Assembly: GCA_002104905.1 (NCBI GenBank)
Contig: MCFE01000450.1
Coordinates: forward strand, 1-64,000
From: Basidiobolus meristosporus CBS 931.73
Lineage: Eukaryota > Fungi > Basidiobolomycota
Direction: 5' to 3'
DNA length: 64,000 nt
The position numbers and the translations under genes are program-made. Shown piece by piece: positions 38,130 to 48,165 of this stretch. Every line of letters begins with the position of its first letter. The stretch's first letter is position 1. Under the pieces are notes generated by a model. The model searched no databases, was not told where the DNA came from, and saw only the letters and a program-made list of their open reading frames with translations.

Positions 38130-39144
38130 GTCAAGCAACTAAGGAGGCTATATGGCTACAAAAACTATTCAAAGACTTGGGTTTTAGCTCAGATGAACCA
38201 ACATGTATTTACAAGGATAATCAAAGTTGCATTTTGTTAGCTAGAAATCCTATCAATCATGCCAGAACCAAGCACATTGATATACAACATCACTTTGTGA
38301 GGGAAGCTATAGAAAATACCATAGTAGAGTTAGTGTACTGCCCTTCTAACAAAATGATGGCAGATATATTGATAAAATCACTAGCTAGACCACAATTTGA
38401 GAATCTCAGGGAGGAATTAGAGTTAAGAAATTAATTAGTTGAAGGGGAGTGCTGAAATATTGGACTATTTGGTGTCATTCTGCAAATAAAAATTTTCTTA
38501 GCAATTCCTGACTAGTCTTGGTCACTGTGGGACTAATTCACAGCTCTTACTTTGCCACTTTCTTCAGATCTATGATCTTATGATTATTCCCCTATAGTCA
38601 GGAGCAAATTAGCACTATTATTAAACATTATATACTAACCCTGGAACTGTTACAGAATGCTCCTGAGTGTTAAGAAGCTCTTCTTACTGAGTATTGCAGC
38701 TGTATTAACTTTACAAGGGTAGAAATGCTGAACTACTTATGAATCAACAACAATTGAACTATTATTACTCTTTCTCAATATATTCCTTGGATCCAATTCA
38801 CTCCTTAAATAGTAACATAATCAGCCCCTTAGCATAGCCACACTTCAATCATTCTTTGGAAAGGATCCCTATTGTAGGGAATTTGAGAAGTACTTTGCAA
38901 GTCCTGCTGCCTCTTTGACTGGTATCCTCAAGAAAGACAATTCCTTGAAGTGTTCACAGCCTGTGAGACTGCCTTTCAGATGCTCAAGAATCAACTTACT
39001 AAGCTGCCAAGCTTAAGAATTTCTGACATTAGAACAGAGTTTACTCTGCTCACAGATGCTTCAGATTATGCAATTGGTGGAGTACAAAGCCAAGACCATG
39101 AGACTAAGGACCACCCAGTTACTTCTCAATCATAGAAGCTGAAC
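38130..39144 (+). repeat. near-identical inverted duplicate of 22060-23075
   Basis: Includes the D RNase H end, the D 3' LTR and 327 bp of gypsy E RNase H flank; ORFs 38950-39135 and 22069-22254 differ by one residue. Confidence 0.92.
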
Positions 39145-40904
39145 CACATGGGCCAGGATTTGTTGCACAACATTCTTCCATTCTGGATTTTTGGACATCT
39201 TGAGGGAGGCTTCTTCTTTTTTCAGGACAGAGGTTTCTGATTATTGCTGCCTACTTCTTTCTTTGTAAGGGAGGTTTCTGCTTATGCTACTACTAATGTT
39301 GCAAGCTGGGTATAGGGGTTGTAGAGGAATAGGGAGTTTAGCTAGCATTGAATTTACTAAAATTTGGACTGATTAGTATTAAGGTTTCAGTAGCTCATTG
39401 TATGCTTTTGCCACATCAATTGCTGACTAATTGTTTTTCCTAATGTTGATTGTGGCTGATGACTCATTTGATTTCATCATCATCACTGCATTAGATTTTT
39501 GTTGACATATTTACTCTGTCTGATAAGGATCTGCTGACTAATACTACTGATTTGATAGATAAAACTGATCCAGAGATAGGCTTAACATTAAGCTAATAGA
39601 TTTAACAAAAAACTGATCTAACACAAGTATACATACAGTGGATCTTAATATTGGCAGTATTTATAGAAGTAGCAGCAGGAACCTCAATAAAGATTGGTTC
39701 AAGCTTGAGTGCATACAATACTAGCTAAACGCCCAATTCCTCTACAACTCTTATATCAGGATTTGAGACATATGTATTGCACTGTGGGAGCACCCTTTCT
39801 TAACAGCTCACCCACTGATACCATGTCTATTCCACAAGTAGGTCTAGTTAACAAAGACTATGGCCCCCTGCTAACTAACTTCTGCATATGTGTACCCCCA
39901 GTGCAATTGGCATACTTCTACTACTTCAGATTTTCAGCTGTCTAGCATGAAACCTGCAAATTTGACACATACTTGGTATTGACAGTTGCATATATATCTT
40001 GCAAGCATATTATTGGGTACCACCACTTTTGGTCTGGACATATCTTGAATATAAGTATAGTACCTCATACTATTTGGCATAAACATGCCATTTTGTTTTT
40101 ACCTCCCTTTGGCCGTTAATATAGTCCATTATAGAGTAATGCCTTTGCATTTACTTACCCACTGTTACCTTAGTTATCCCAATGCCAACTCAAATATATA
40201 GACTTTGATCCCACTTACTGACTTCTGCCTATGTACACACCAAATGCAACTGACATACTTTTAAGACCTCAGCTTATAACTTTTCAACATAACCCTCTTA
40301 AATTGCCATACACCATATGTAGCTGTTAACATACCTCTTGCAATCATATGCTTGGTTATTGCCACTAGTGCTACAAATACTTCCAATACTACCACAAATG
40401 TTTTTGAAACTTGACCAATGTATTCCTGGTCCATGTATGATTTTGGTTCCACTCACAGATAAGCTCTGATTTTGTTTGTGCAAATTTTGTATCAAAGGGT
40501 AAGAAACTGGCTTTTGCACTGTAGAAACCCAGCTTACTCTGGTGAAGCAGTGGTAATGAAACCTGTTTCCTGTTGCATCCAACCTATCTTTGCAGTACCT
40601 GACTAACTATCAATGCATTGTTACATGCTTAGTTTCTTGGTGCTCATGGCATTGGTGTTGGCTTGTGCACATATACACCTGATGTAGTTTAATTCCTCCT
40701 TGCTGTCCTCCATAAATATCCCTATAACCGCAACATTTATCTCCTAACACTTTCAATGTACAGCAGATAGAAACTGCATCAGAAGGTAACTTGAATATGT
40801 TCAGATTAGTCATCATTTGATCCTGTATTCACACAAGTACAACCACATGTATGCAAGATTGTCCTCAGTTTGCTTGCTTATTCATAATAGGTAATAAAAT
40901 ACTG

Positions 40905-41073
40905 TTGTGCTATGTAGGCATCAAGGGCCCAAAGTATTGGGATACCAATGAGATTATGCATGGGGTAGAAAGTTTGTTTATGACCACATCCCGGACAATG
41001 ATGCTGTATTAGGTGCCATTGGAGAAGCAGTACTCACAATCAGTAGTGAGAAGAGCAATATTGGTGTATCAGA
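40905..41073 (+). pseudogene. small gypsy family C-like RT fragment
   Basis: Aligns to about 45905-46077 (RKFVYDHI...GEKSSFGVSE region). Confidence 0.75.
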
Positions 41074-41330
41074 GCATGGGTCTGGCCCCATGAGCTAAAT
41101 CTTCCCAGATATTCCCTTGTTTGAGTTATAAGAGTCTTGGAGATATTAGACTTGTTCCATTGGATAGTGCCACATAGTACCAGCCTGTTTATAGTGCCGG
41201 ATCAATCTGGCACTCTACGGCACTATCTGGCACTATAATTTCTACCATGATGCCAGTGGTATGATACAATTACTGGTAATTTTACTCAATCTTACTTATG
41301 TTGCTCAGAATAGTGCTTTCCTTGCTTTAT

Positions 41331-42257
41331 TTACTCTTTATAATGCTCCAGACACATTTCTCTCAGTGGATGTCTTCTTGTATGAACATACTGTGCATTG
41401 ATAAGTATCTTAACTATTTTACCTATTCTGCTGTTTTCACCTATATATGACTTTCCTCTGTATTTACCTGCCAATATGCTGAATCTCTTCAGATATCCAA
41501 ATGTGTGCTCTACCCTTACTCTAAAATGATTAAATATCTCATTGTAGAGCTTCTGCTTCCTGCTAAGCACACCATTCCTTGGCTTCCTATAAGCTGTAAT
41601 ACATCCTAATCTCTGACAATCCTCTCCTATATAGGCTAAGTCTGCCATACATTTCTCCCCTCTACTGAATTCAGGATGATTCTCAACCCAGAGTGCTTTG
41701 TCATGCCTACTTCCAGCAAATGGCCCACTAAACCAGATGATGTTACCCTCAATGTCAGACAGTGCTTGAAACTTCACACAGTGTGCCTTGTACTTGCCAG
41801 AATAAAGGTGCCACTGCCCTCTAGAAGGTCTGTTAATCCTCACTGGGAAGGTATCCAAAATACTCCTGATATGGAACCTGTTGCTGAACACTCTGGGATA
41901 TGGAAGTCTATTGGAGCTTCTGAACATAGTATTCCAAGCTTGCTCTAAGTCATTCATACCCTCTGCAAGGTGGTTCTCCATTGCTGTCAGCTGGCAATGA
42001 AAGCTTCTAGGACTTTTGTTGCCATGGATGGTGGGATGAAACCTTGTAGGGCAATAGTTCTTGTAATAGCAGAGAAGCTTAACAAGGGATCTCCTTGAGT
42101 AGATTGGGGTTGATGGTCCACAGTACTTGGTATAGATCTCCTCCAGTGTGTCAAAAGGAAATCCAGTGGTAGTGATGGGATTGATGAGAAAAGACCATTC
42201 AGATGAGTAAGTCATATTAAAATTGATGGATGATTGTATGGAGGCGGTTTGAATCAA
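41331..42257 (-). CDS. DDE_Tnp_4 transposase (IS5/ISL2/PIF-Harbinger-ISL2EU group), uninterrupted ORF; first true ATG at 42215
   Basis: ILDTFPVRINRP (D), YSGKYKAHCVKFQ, GPFAGSRHD, ADLAYIG (D), RVRVEHTFGYLKRF (E). Confidence 0.9.
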   Translation of the reverse strand: MIQTASIQSSINFNMTYSSEWSFLINPITTTGFPFDTLEEIYTKYCGPSTPIYSRRSLVKLLCYYKNYCPTRFHPTIHGNKSPRSFHCQLTAMENHLAEGMNDLEQAWNTMFRSSNRLPYPRVFSNRFHIRSILDTFPVRINRPSRGQWHLYSGKYKAHCVKFQALSDIEGNIIWFSGPFAGSRHDKALWVENHPEFSRGEKCMADLAYIGEDCQRLGCITAYRKPRNGVLSRKQKLYNEIFNHFRVRVEHTFGYLKRFSILAGKYRGKSYIGENSRIGKIVKILINAQYVHTRRHPLREMCLEHYKE

Positions 42258-43122
42258 TTTGGCGCAATTTGCCTTATTTATCTGATTTTTAACACATTAT
42301 GGTTAAATCTCCATCAATTGCCATGTATCCCATCATTATGTTGCAAAAATCATCCGCAAACAATACCTTGGTACTTTTATTGATGCTTTAATCATAGGTC
42401 TATAATCAAATAGGAAATCTGCGATTGATGTGATCTGATCTGTGTCAACGCAATCCAAGATACATCATGCATAATATATGGAAAATTCAACAATCACTTT
42501 AGTTTTCATATATATTTTATATAAGACCAGATTGATGCCAATATACTGCTGTATAAGTATCCAAATCCATTGCTATGGTCCCCATACCAAGCCTCAACTC
42601 ATCTTTAGTACAACCCAGACAAAACCCATCCCCCAGCTCACAAGCACGGTCCGGACCGGAGAAGTCTATGTTGGATCCATTTGGAGGCACTACTTGTGAG
42701 AAATACTCAGAGTAGGTATATTTTATTATATTTGTTTGTTTTCCCAAGTTTGTTCTTGTACAGGCAAAGATACTTTTCAGTCTTTGTACTATTGGCCAAA
42801 GCTGCATTCTTATCAAGTCCCTGTTGGTGGAGTTTACAGTTGTTTTGACTTTGGAAGCTTTAGTACATTGTCATCTCAAAGGACGTCAAAGCCATTATAA
42901 ACTTTTGTTAAGACGCCAACTAAGTTGGGGATTGTAGCTCAATAGCTTTCCCTTGACAAGCTTGTGGCTTTATCCCCCATCACATTAGATTAGACAAAAG
43001 ACCCAGTATTCCTAGCAAGCTTTTGCCAGAGGTTATCACACCCAGTGAACACCCCACATACATTCACACTTGAGAAGTGTTGGCCGTACTTTGCCCTTTG
43101 GACTTATACACCACCACATATT

Positions 43123-43139
43123 TGGCACCCAACATGGGG
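43123..43139 (+). promoter_or_regulatory. tRNA-Lys(1,2)-type PBS, CpG-decayed
   Basis: TGGCACCCAACATGGGG versus canonical TGGCGCCCAACGTGGGG; both differences are CG>CA. Confidence 0.8.
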
Positions 43140-43203
43140 GGTTCATACAAGCTCCCTAGGACCCAACAAGATTTACCTGAAGATTTGAGCCGTTACCCAT
43201 TTA

Positions 43204-44004
43204 TTGAAACAAGACTACCAATATTATCAAGACTACAACACAACCTACCCACCCAAAATGAACTCTATGCCATTACCACTCTCACATGGAGCCCCACAGT
43301 TTGATGGAAAGAATGTGGAGAGCTTCATATACAAATGGGAGAAGCTCTGCAAGATGTGCAGTCTATCTGAACAAGAAATGGCTGAAGACTTTCCCTACTA
43401 CTGCACCAATGATATTACTACTAAGCTTCTCAGACAAGGAGACATTCTGACTGACTGGACCTTAATGAAGACCTACCTACAGACCAAGTATGGCAGACCC
43501 CAGATATACTATGGAATTGAGGACCTCAGACACTTTGGAAGGATGGGACTCTCCAAGCTACCACTTGAAGAGTTCATTCAACAATATGAAGATATGGCCA
43601 AGCCACTCCTAGAGTCCCAGGCGATAACTGAGTTTACCATGACACTTTACCTTGCACAAGGGCTTCCCCAGGAATTGGCAAGGAAAGTTGACCTACATGC
43701 AGCCAAGGATGACAAGTCTGGCATTCCTTGCTTTGCAGAGATGAAATGTGTACTCCTAGAGGCAAAGCAAACTTCTACCTTTATAAGACTCCTGACATCT
43801 AATCTGCCAGACCAGCCAACCAAGAAGCCAAAGAGTGCTGTTGCTGACAATCAGACCCACACTACCGACAGAATTGACCAACTTGCTGAACAGCTACAAA
43901 AGCTAGCCCTCAAGATTAATGGCTCAGCCAAGGTAGCTACTGAGGGCCAAAGAGCTTTGCCTAGACACTGCATTTGGTGTGACTCTACTCAGCATGCCAG
44001 ATGA
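43204..44004 (+). pseudogene. gag: gypsy gag; TGA lies inside the CCHC zinc knuckle
   Basis: APQFDGKNVESFIYKWEKLC; CIWCDSTQHAR*EC fits CX2CX4HX4C across the stop. Confidence 0.88.
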
Positions 44005-44373
44005 GAATGCTCAGAGCTTAGCCAGCTACTTAGAGAAGGAACAGTACAGTTTGATGCTGATGGAATGCTTGTTGATAAGGAAGGAAAAAGGATTCCCACT
44101 AATTTCCAAAGAGGCGGAATGAGAGCCCTTTTTGAGAAGTCTGACTCAGCAACTTGAAAGATTACTGTTGATGCCCCTATTGGGACTCATACAGTAAGTC
44201 CAAACAGCCCTGACAACAGAAAATACAAAGTAGACACCTTTGCTACTAAGAGACACCTTCCTGAAGAACCTGTCAAACCCATCCTTAGAAGACCACAATT
44301 TGAAGAGCCTGAGGTTATTATTGACAAGAGGCCTGGAACACTGCCCACCCAAGACCCATTACCTCACTTTCAG

Positions 44374-47300
44374 ATGACCTCAAAGATAGCAGGCTACTCA
44401 AGCCCCCAATTGATTACTGAGAAACTACTGAAGCAGAACCTCACTTTGTCAGTTGGAGAAATCATGAGTGTATCACCATCTGTTAGGAAGACCTTTGATA
44501 AGCAGCTTAGAACAAGAAGACAAGCTGTTGAACATATGGACACCCATATAATCCAGACAAACCATGAAGACCACAAAAAGGATGACAACGCTACCAAATA
44601 TAAGACCTTCTACTCAGTTGCAACTGCTGTGGTGAAAGGGTATATTTATGATGACCCTGTTGACTGCCATATTGACAGTGGCTTGGAGATTTGTGTTATG
44701 CCGCTAGACTTCTGGAAGTTGCTTAGAAACAAGGAGCTACTGCCTGTTGATAGAGATATTGGATGGAACATGACTGATGCCAACTCAGGATCTAGTCCAC
44801 TCTATGGTGTAGTGCACAAGTTCCCTATTGAGGTACAAGGAATCAAGGTCTGGCTTCCCCTCTTTATCTGCCTGAAGCCAAACTTTGACCTTCTGTTAGG
44901 CAGACCATGGGAGACCAGTACTAAGGCTACAACCACCAACTATTCTGATGGGTCAGTGTGGTACACTATACAAGGATCCAACCCAGGACTACAGTCAACG
45001 TTCTGTGGGGTAACACCCAACAATAAGAGGACACATACTGCCTGCCAGAAGACACATCTTGTTATAGAAGAAGATGAGGAGCCTGACAATATACACCCCA
45101 ACAGTTGGAGCTGCTCATTAGGTATACAGGAGCAGACAGCTATGGTTTGCCCAAAATACAAGACAGTAGAACTGAAGATTAGACCATCACTTACACCTTT
45201 AACTGATGGATCTCAACCTGCTGATTACATCAGACCACCAGAAGGAACACCAGAAGATATACAACTTACACCTGAGAGACTTAAGCAACTTATCATTGGT
45301 GATGGAAACCTAACACCGGAGGAGATCTTACTATTTGAAGAAACCCTGATAAGGCATGATAAGGTTTTCTCATATAATGACAAGGAGATGGGACTCTTAA
45401 AGACATCGGTTGAAAAACCTATCAAGATTCATACAGTGCCCCACACACCCTGGTCATTTAAGCCTTCCCCACTACCTAGAGGACTCCAAGCTGATGTGCA
45501 TGACCTACTTAAGAAGAAGATTGAAGCTGGTATCCTAGAACCTTGCCATGGACCTTATGCTAACAGATGGTTTGTGACCAAAAAGAAGAATGGGAAGCTC
45601 CGATTCATTCAAGACATGCAACCTGCAAATGCTGTCACTATCAGAGATGCCACAATACCTCTGTCTATTGATGACTTTGCAGAAAGCTTTAGTGGTCACT
45701 CCATCTACTCAACATATGATCTCTACTCAGGATATGACCAGATCCCCCTAGATGAGACATCAAGAGATATGTTTGCACTCCAGACACCATTTGGACTGTT
45801 AAGAATGACAAGACTCAGCCAAGGGGCAACAAACTCTGTGGCTCAGTTCCAGAGATGCATGGTGAATGTGCTCTACCGGTTTATACCTGAGAAACTTGCT
45901 GTCTTTGTTGATGACATAGGCATCAAACAACCAAAACTCCGGGACACAACTGAAGTTATGCCTGGAGTAAGAAAGTTTGTCTATGACCATATTTCAGACA
46001 ATAATGCCATATTAGGAGCCATTGAAAAAGCTGGACTCACCATCAGTGGTGAGAAAAGCAGCTTTGGTGTATCAGAGATATCCATTTTTGGACAAAAATG
46101 CAACACCTTTGGTCATTCACCTGGAGACTCCAAGACACAAAAGATATGCAACTGGCCTACCCCCACAAATCTAACACAAGCTTGTGGCTTTGTGGCAGCT
46201 TGTGGGTTCTTTAGGATCTGGATCCCAAGATTTTCTGAGATAGCAGAACCAATCTACCAACTACAGAAAAAGAATGCCCCATTTAACTGGGGAGAAGAGC
46301 AAGAAGAAGCCATGCAATTACTAGAAGAGGCCTTAGTGTCTCCACCAGTTCTGAGACCTCTTGACTATCAGAACACTGAATGCCCACCTATCTTGACAGT
46401 GGATGCAAGCCCTATAGGAGCTGGAGCACTACTTGGCCAAGATGATGAAGATGGCAACCGCTATGCATGCAGATATGAGAGCTGCCTCTTCTCTCCTAGA
46501 GAACAAAGATACTCACAGATTAAGAGAGAGCTACTAGGAGTTGTGAAGATGCTGAGAAAGCTGAAGTCACAACTCTACATGACACATTTCATCCTGGAGA
46601 CAGATGCTAAGCCACTTATAGGAATGATCAACAAGCCTGACCTACCTGATGATGCCACAAATTGGTGGATGGCATGGCTGAAAATGTTTGACTTTGAGGT
46701 CAGACATATCCCTGGCAAGACAAATGTTGTGGCCAATGCACTCTCCAGGAAGGGACCACAGTTGTCTGAAGATATGGACCCTGACTTTGATGACATAATT
46801 GATGCAGAAATCCAACAACTACTTGTGAAGAAGCCCAGCTACTCTACATGGTACACCATTCAAGACTATCTGAGAACCTTGGAGAAGCCACCAGGAATGA
46901 GCCCACATGATTTCAGAAAGCTCAGGAAGAAGGCCCATCATTTCTCAATAAAAGATGGCCTCCTCTTCAAACAAGTAAAGCCTGGACAGACACCAAGGAG
47001 AGTTATAGTTGAGCCCCAGGAACAACTGACTATTATGTCAAGCCTTCATGAAGGAAGACCTGGTGGTCATAGAGTCAGAGATGCCACTTACAATGTTGTT
47101 TCCAGTAGATACTACTGGGAGCATATGTATCATGATGTCCAACACTTTGTTGAATCTTGTGACATTTGCCAAAGAAGGTCAACCAAGAGATATGAGAAGC
47201 CACTCCATCGAACCTACACACCTGGTCTATGGCAGAAGGTTGGCATTGACCTGGTCCACATGTCAACTGCTGGAACCAAGAAGTACCTTGTTGTTGCCAG

Positions 47301-48165
47301 AGATGTTCTGAGTGGGTGGGTGGAAGCTCAAGCCCTATCCAATAACAAAAGCCACACCATATGGAGATTTATTCTTGAAGATATAATATGCAGATTTGGC
47401 TGCATCAGCCAGTTTGTTGCTGACCAAGGAGAAATGACTTCAAATTTGATCCAGGAACTCTGCTCACAATACAAGATTCATATTGCTTTCACCACCGCTT
47501 ATCACCCACAGTCCAATGGAATGGTTGAAAGAGGCCATGGCCCGTTGGTTAACTCCCTAGTCAAGAGCTGCAACAACATGACACTACAGTGGCCTACACA
47601 ATTTCATCTAGCACTCTGGGCAGATAGAATCACAACAAAACTCAGCACAGGTCTATCTCCATTCAAATTGCTTTATGGACATGATTGTGTTCTTCCCATA
47701 GAGCTTTACTCAATATCCTGGAACATGCTAGAGTGGAGAACTACAATGAGTACAGAAGAACTACTGACTACATGCATCAAACAGCTTGATCACCATGAAC
47801 TTGATATTACCCAAGCAGCTGCTAAACTCAAAGAGACAAGACTTCAGAACAAGGAACCATTTGACAAGTCACATAGCCTTAGATCAAAACCATTACTGCA
47901 AGAAGATCCAGTACTGCTCTATGATTCCACTTTAGACAAGCAGTGGAGTCGCAAATTTGACAATAAATGGTCTGGCCCATTTATTATCCCTAAGGTGATT
48001 GGAAATAGAAGCTACTACTTGTCTGAACTTGATGAAACACTGCTAAGAACACCTGTGGCAGGAAACAGACTTAAGCTATTCAAGCACCAGTTGGTGTGTA
48101 AAGTGTTGAGATGCTCCAGAGTCAATATACCACGTCTAAGAATCCTTGTTTGTGGTCATATTTAG
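44374..48165 (+). CDS. pol: gypsy pol: protease, RT, RNase H, integrase (1263 aa; last 24 aa are read-through into antisense copia DNA)
   Basis: HIDSGLEICVM, KKNGKLRFIQDMQ, DLYSGYDQIPL, LAVFVDDIGIK, TVDASPIGAG, HEGRPGGH...CDIC, GIDLVHM, QSNGMVERGH, WSGPF. Confidence 0.93.
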   Translation: MTSKIAGYSSPQLITEKLLKQNLTLSVGEIMSVSPSVRKTFDKQLRTRRQAVEHMDTHIIQTNHEDHKKDDNATKYKTFYSVATAVVKGYIYDDPVDCHIDSGLEICVMPLDFWKLLRNKELLPVDRDIGWNMTDANSGSSPLYGVVHKFPIEVQGIKVWLPLFICLKPNFDLLLGRPWETSTKATTTNYSDGSVWYTIQGSNPGLQSTFCGVTPNNKRTHTACQKTHLVIEEDEEPDNIHPNSWSCSLGIQEQTAMVCPKYKTVELKIRPSLTPLTDGSQPADYIRPPEGTPEDIQLTPERLKQLIIGDGNLTPEEILLFEETLIRHDKVFSYNDKEMGLLKTSVEKPIKIHTVPHTPWSFKPSPLPRGLQADVHDLLKKKIEAGILEPCHGPYANRWFVTKKKNGKLRFIQDMQPANAVTIRDATIPLSIDDFAESFSGHSIYSTYDLYSGYDQIPLDETSRDMFALQTPFGLLRMTRLSQGATNSVAQFQRCMVNVLYRFIPEKLAVFVDDIGIKQPKLRDTTEVMPGVRKFVYDHISDNNAILGAIEKAGLTISGEKSSFGVSEISIFGQKCNTFGHSPGDSKTQKICNWPTPTNLTQACGFVAACGFFRIWIPRFSEIAEPIYQLQKKNAPFNWGEEQEEAMQLLEEALVSPPVLRPLDYQNTECPPILTVDASPIGAGALLGQDDEDGNRYACRYESCLFSPREQRYSQIKRELLGVVKMLRKLKSQLYMTHFILETDAKPLIGMINKPDLPDDATNWWMAWLKMFDFEVRHIPGKTNVVANALSRKGPQLSEDMDPDFDDIIDAEIQQLLVKKPSYSTWYTIQDYLRTLEKPPGMSPHDFRKLRKKAHHFSIKDGLLFKQVKPGQTPRRVIVEPQEQLTIMSSLHEGRPGGHRVRDATYNVVSSRYYWEHMYHDVQHFVESCDICQRRSTKRYEKPLHRTYTPGLWQKVGIDLVHMSTAGTKKYLVVARDVLSGWVEAQALSNNKSHTIWRFILEDIICRFGCISQFVADQGEMTSNLIQELCSQYKIHIAFTTAYHPQSNGMVERGHGPLVNSLVKSCNNMTLQWPTQFHLALWADRITTKLSTGLSPFKLLYGHDCVLPIELYSISWNMLEWRTTMSTEELLTTCIKQLDHHELDITQAAAKLKETRLQNKEPFDKSHSLRSKPLLQEDPVLLYDSTLDKQWSRKFDNKWSGPFIIPKVIGNRSYYLSELDETLLRTPVAGNRLKLFKHQLVCKVLRCSRVNIPRLRILVCGHI

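Larger units (their letters stand above)
28867..38817 (+). mobile_element. Ty1/copia family D copy D2 (contains E1 and a solo D LTR)
   Basis: 5' LTR 28867-29236, decayed PBS GGTTAGGAGTTCC, gag/PR to 30182, pol resumes at 35116 (KTI/PVRKV junction), RNase H 38084-38434, PPT, 3' LTR 38450-38817. Confidence 0.87.
21760..39650 (-). mobile_element. old gypsy family E copy E2 (host of nested D1, D2 and a solo LTR)
   Basis: Pieces in the same order as E1: 5' LTR 39297-39650, gag N-terminus 39145-39296, gag/PR/RT 27063-28866, RT/RNase H 21760-22386. Confidence 0.72.
42600..48090 (+). mobile_element. Ty3/gypsy family C (Ylt1-like) element, 3'-truncated; LTR 5' boundary approximate
   Basis: LTR ends ...ACACCACCACA at 43118, PBS 43123-43139, gag and pol in one frame, cut at 48090 by a copia A fragment. 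Confidence 0.9.

Noticed and set aside
40298-40816. Helitron/PIF1 helicase remnant
   Set aside because: Only one weak motif resemblance and no QFPL or TIHKSQG motifs; kept only as an unexplained segment.
42520-42570. Left TIR of the DDE transposon matching 41150-41215
   Set aside because: Only a 10-bp exact match (CCAGATTGAT) with patchy similarity and no TSD; too weak to call.
48091-48165. Unusual C-terminal extension of the 1263-aa pol
   Set aside because: It is read-through into the antisense strand of a copia A fragment at a truncation junction.
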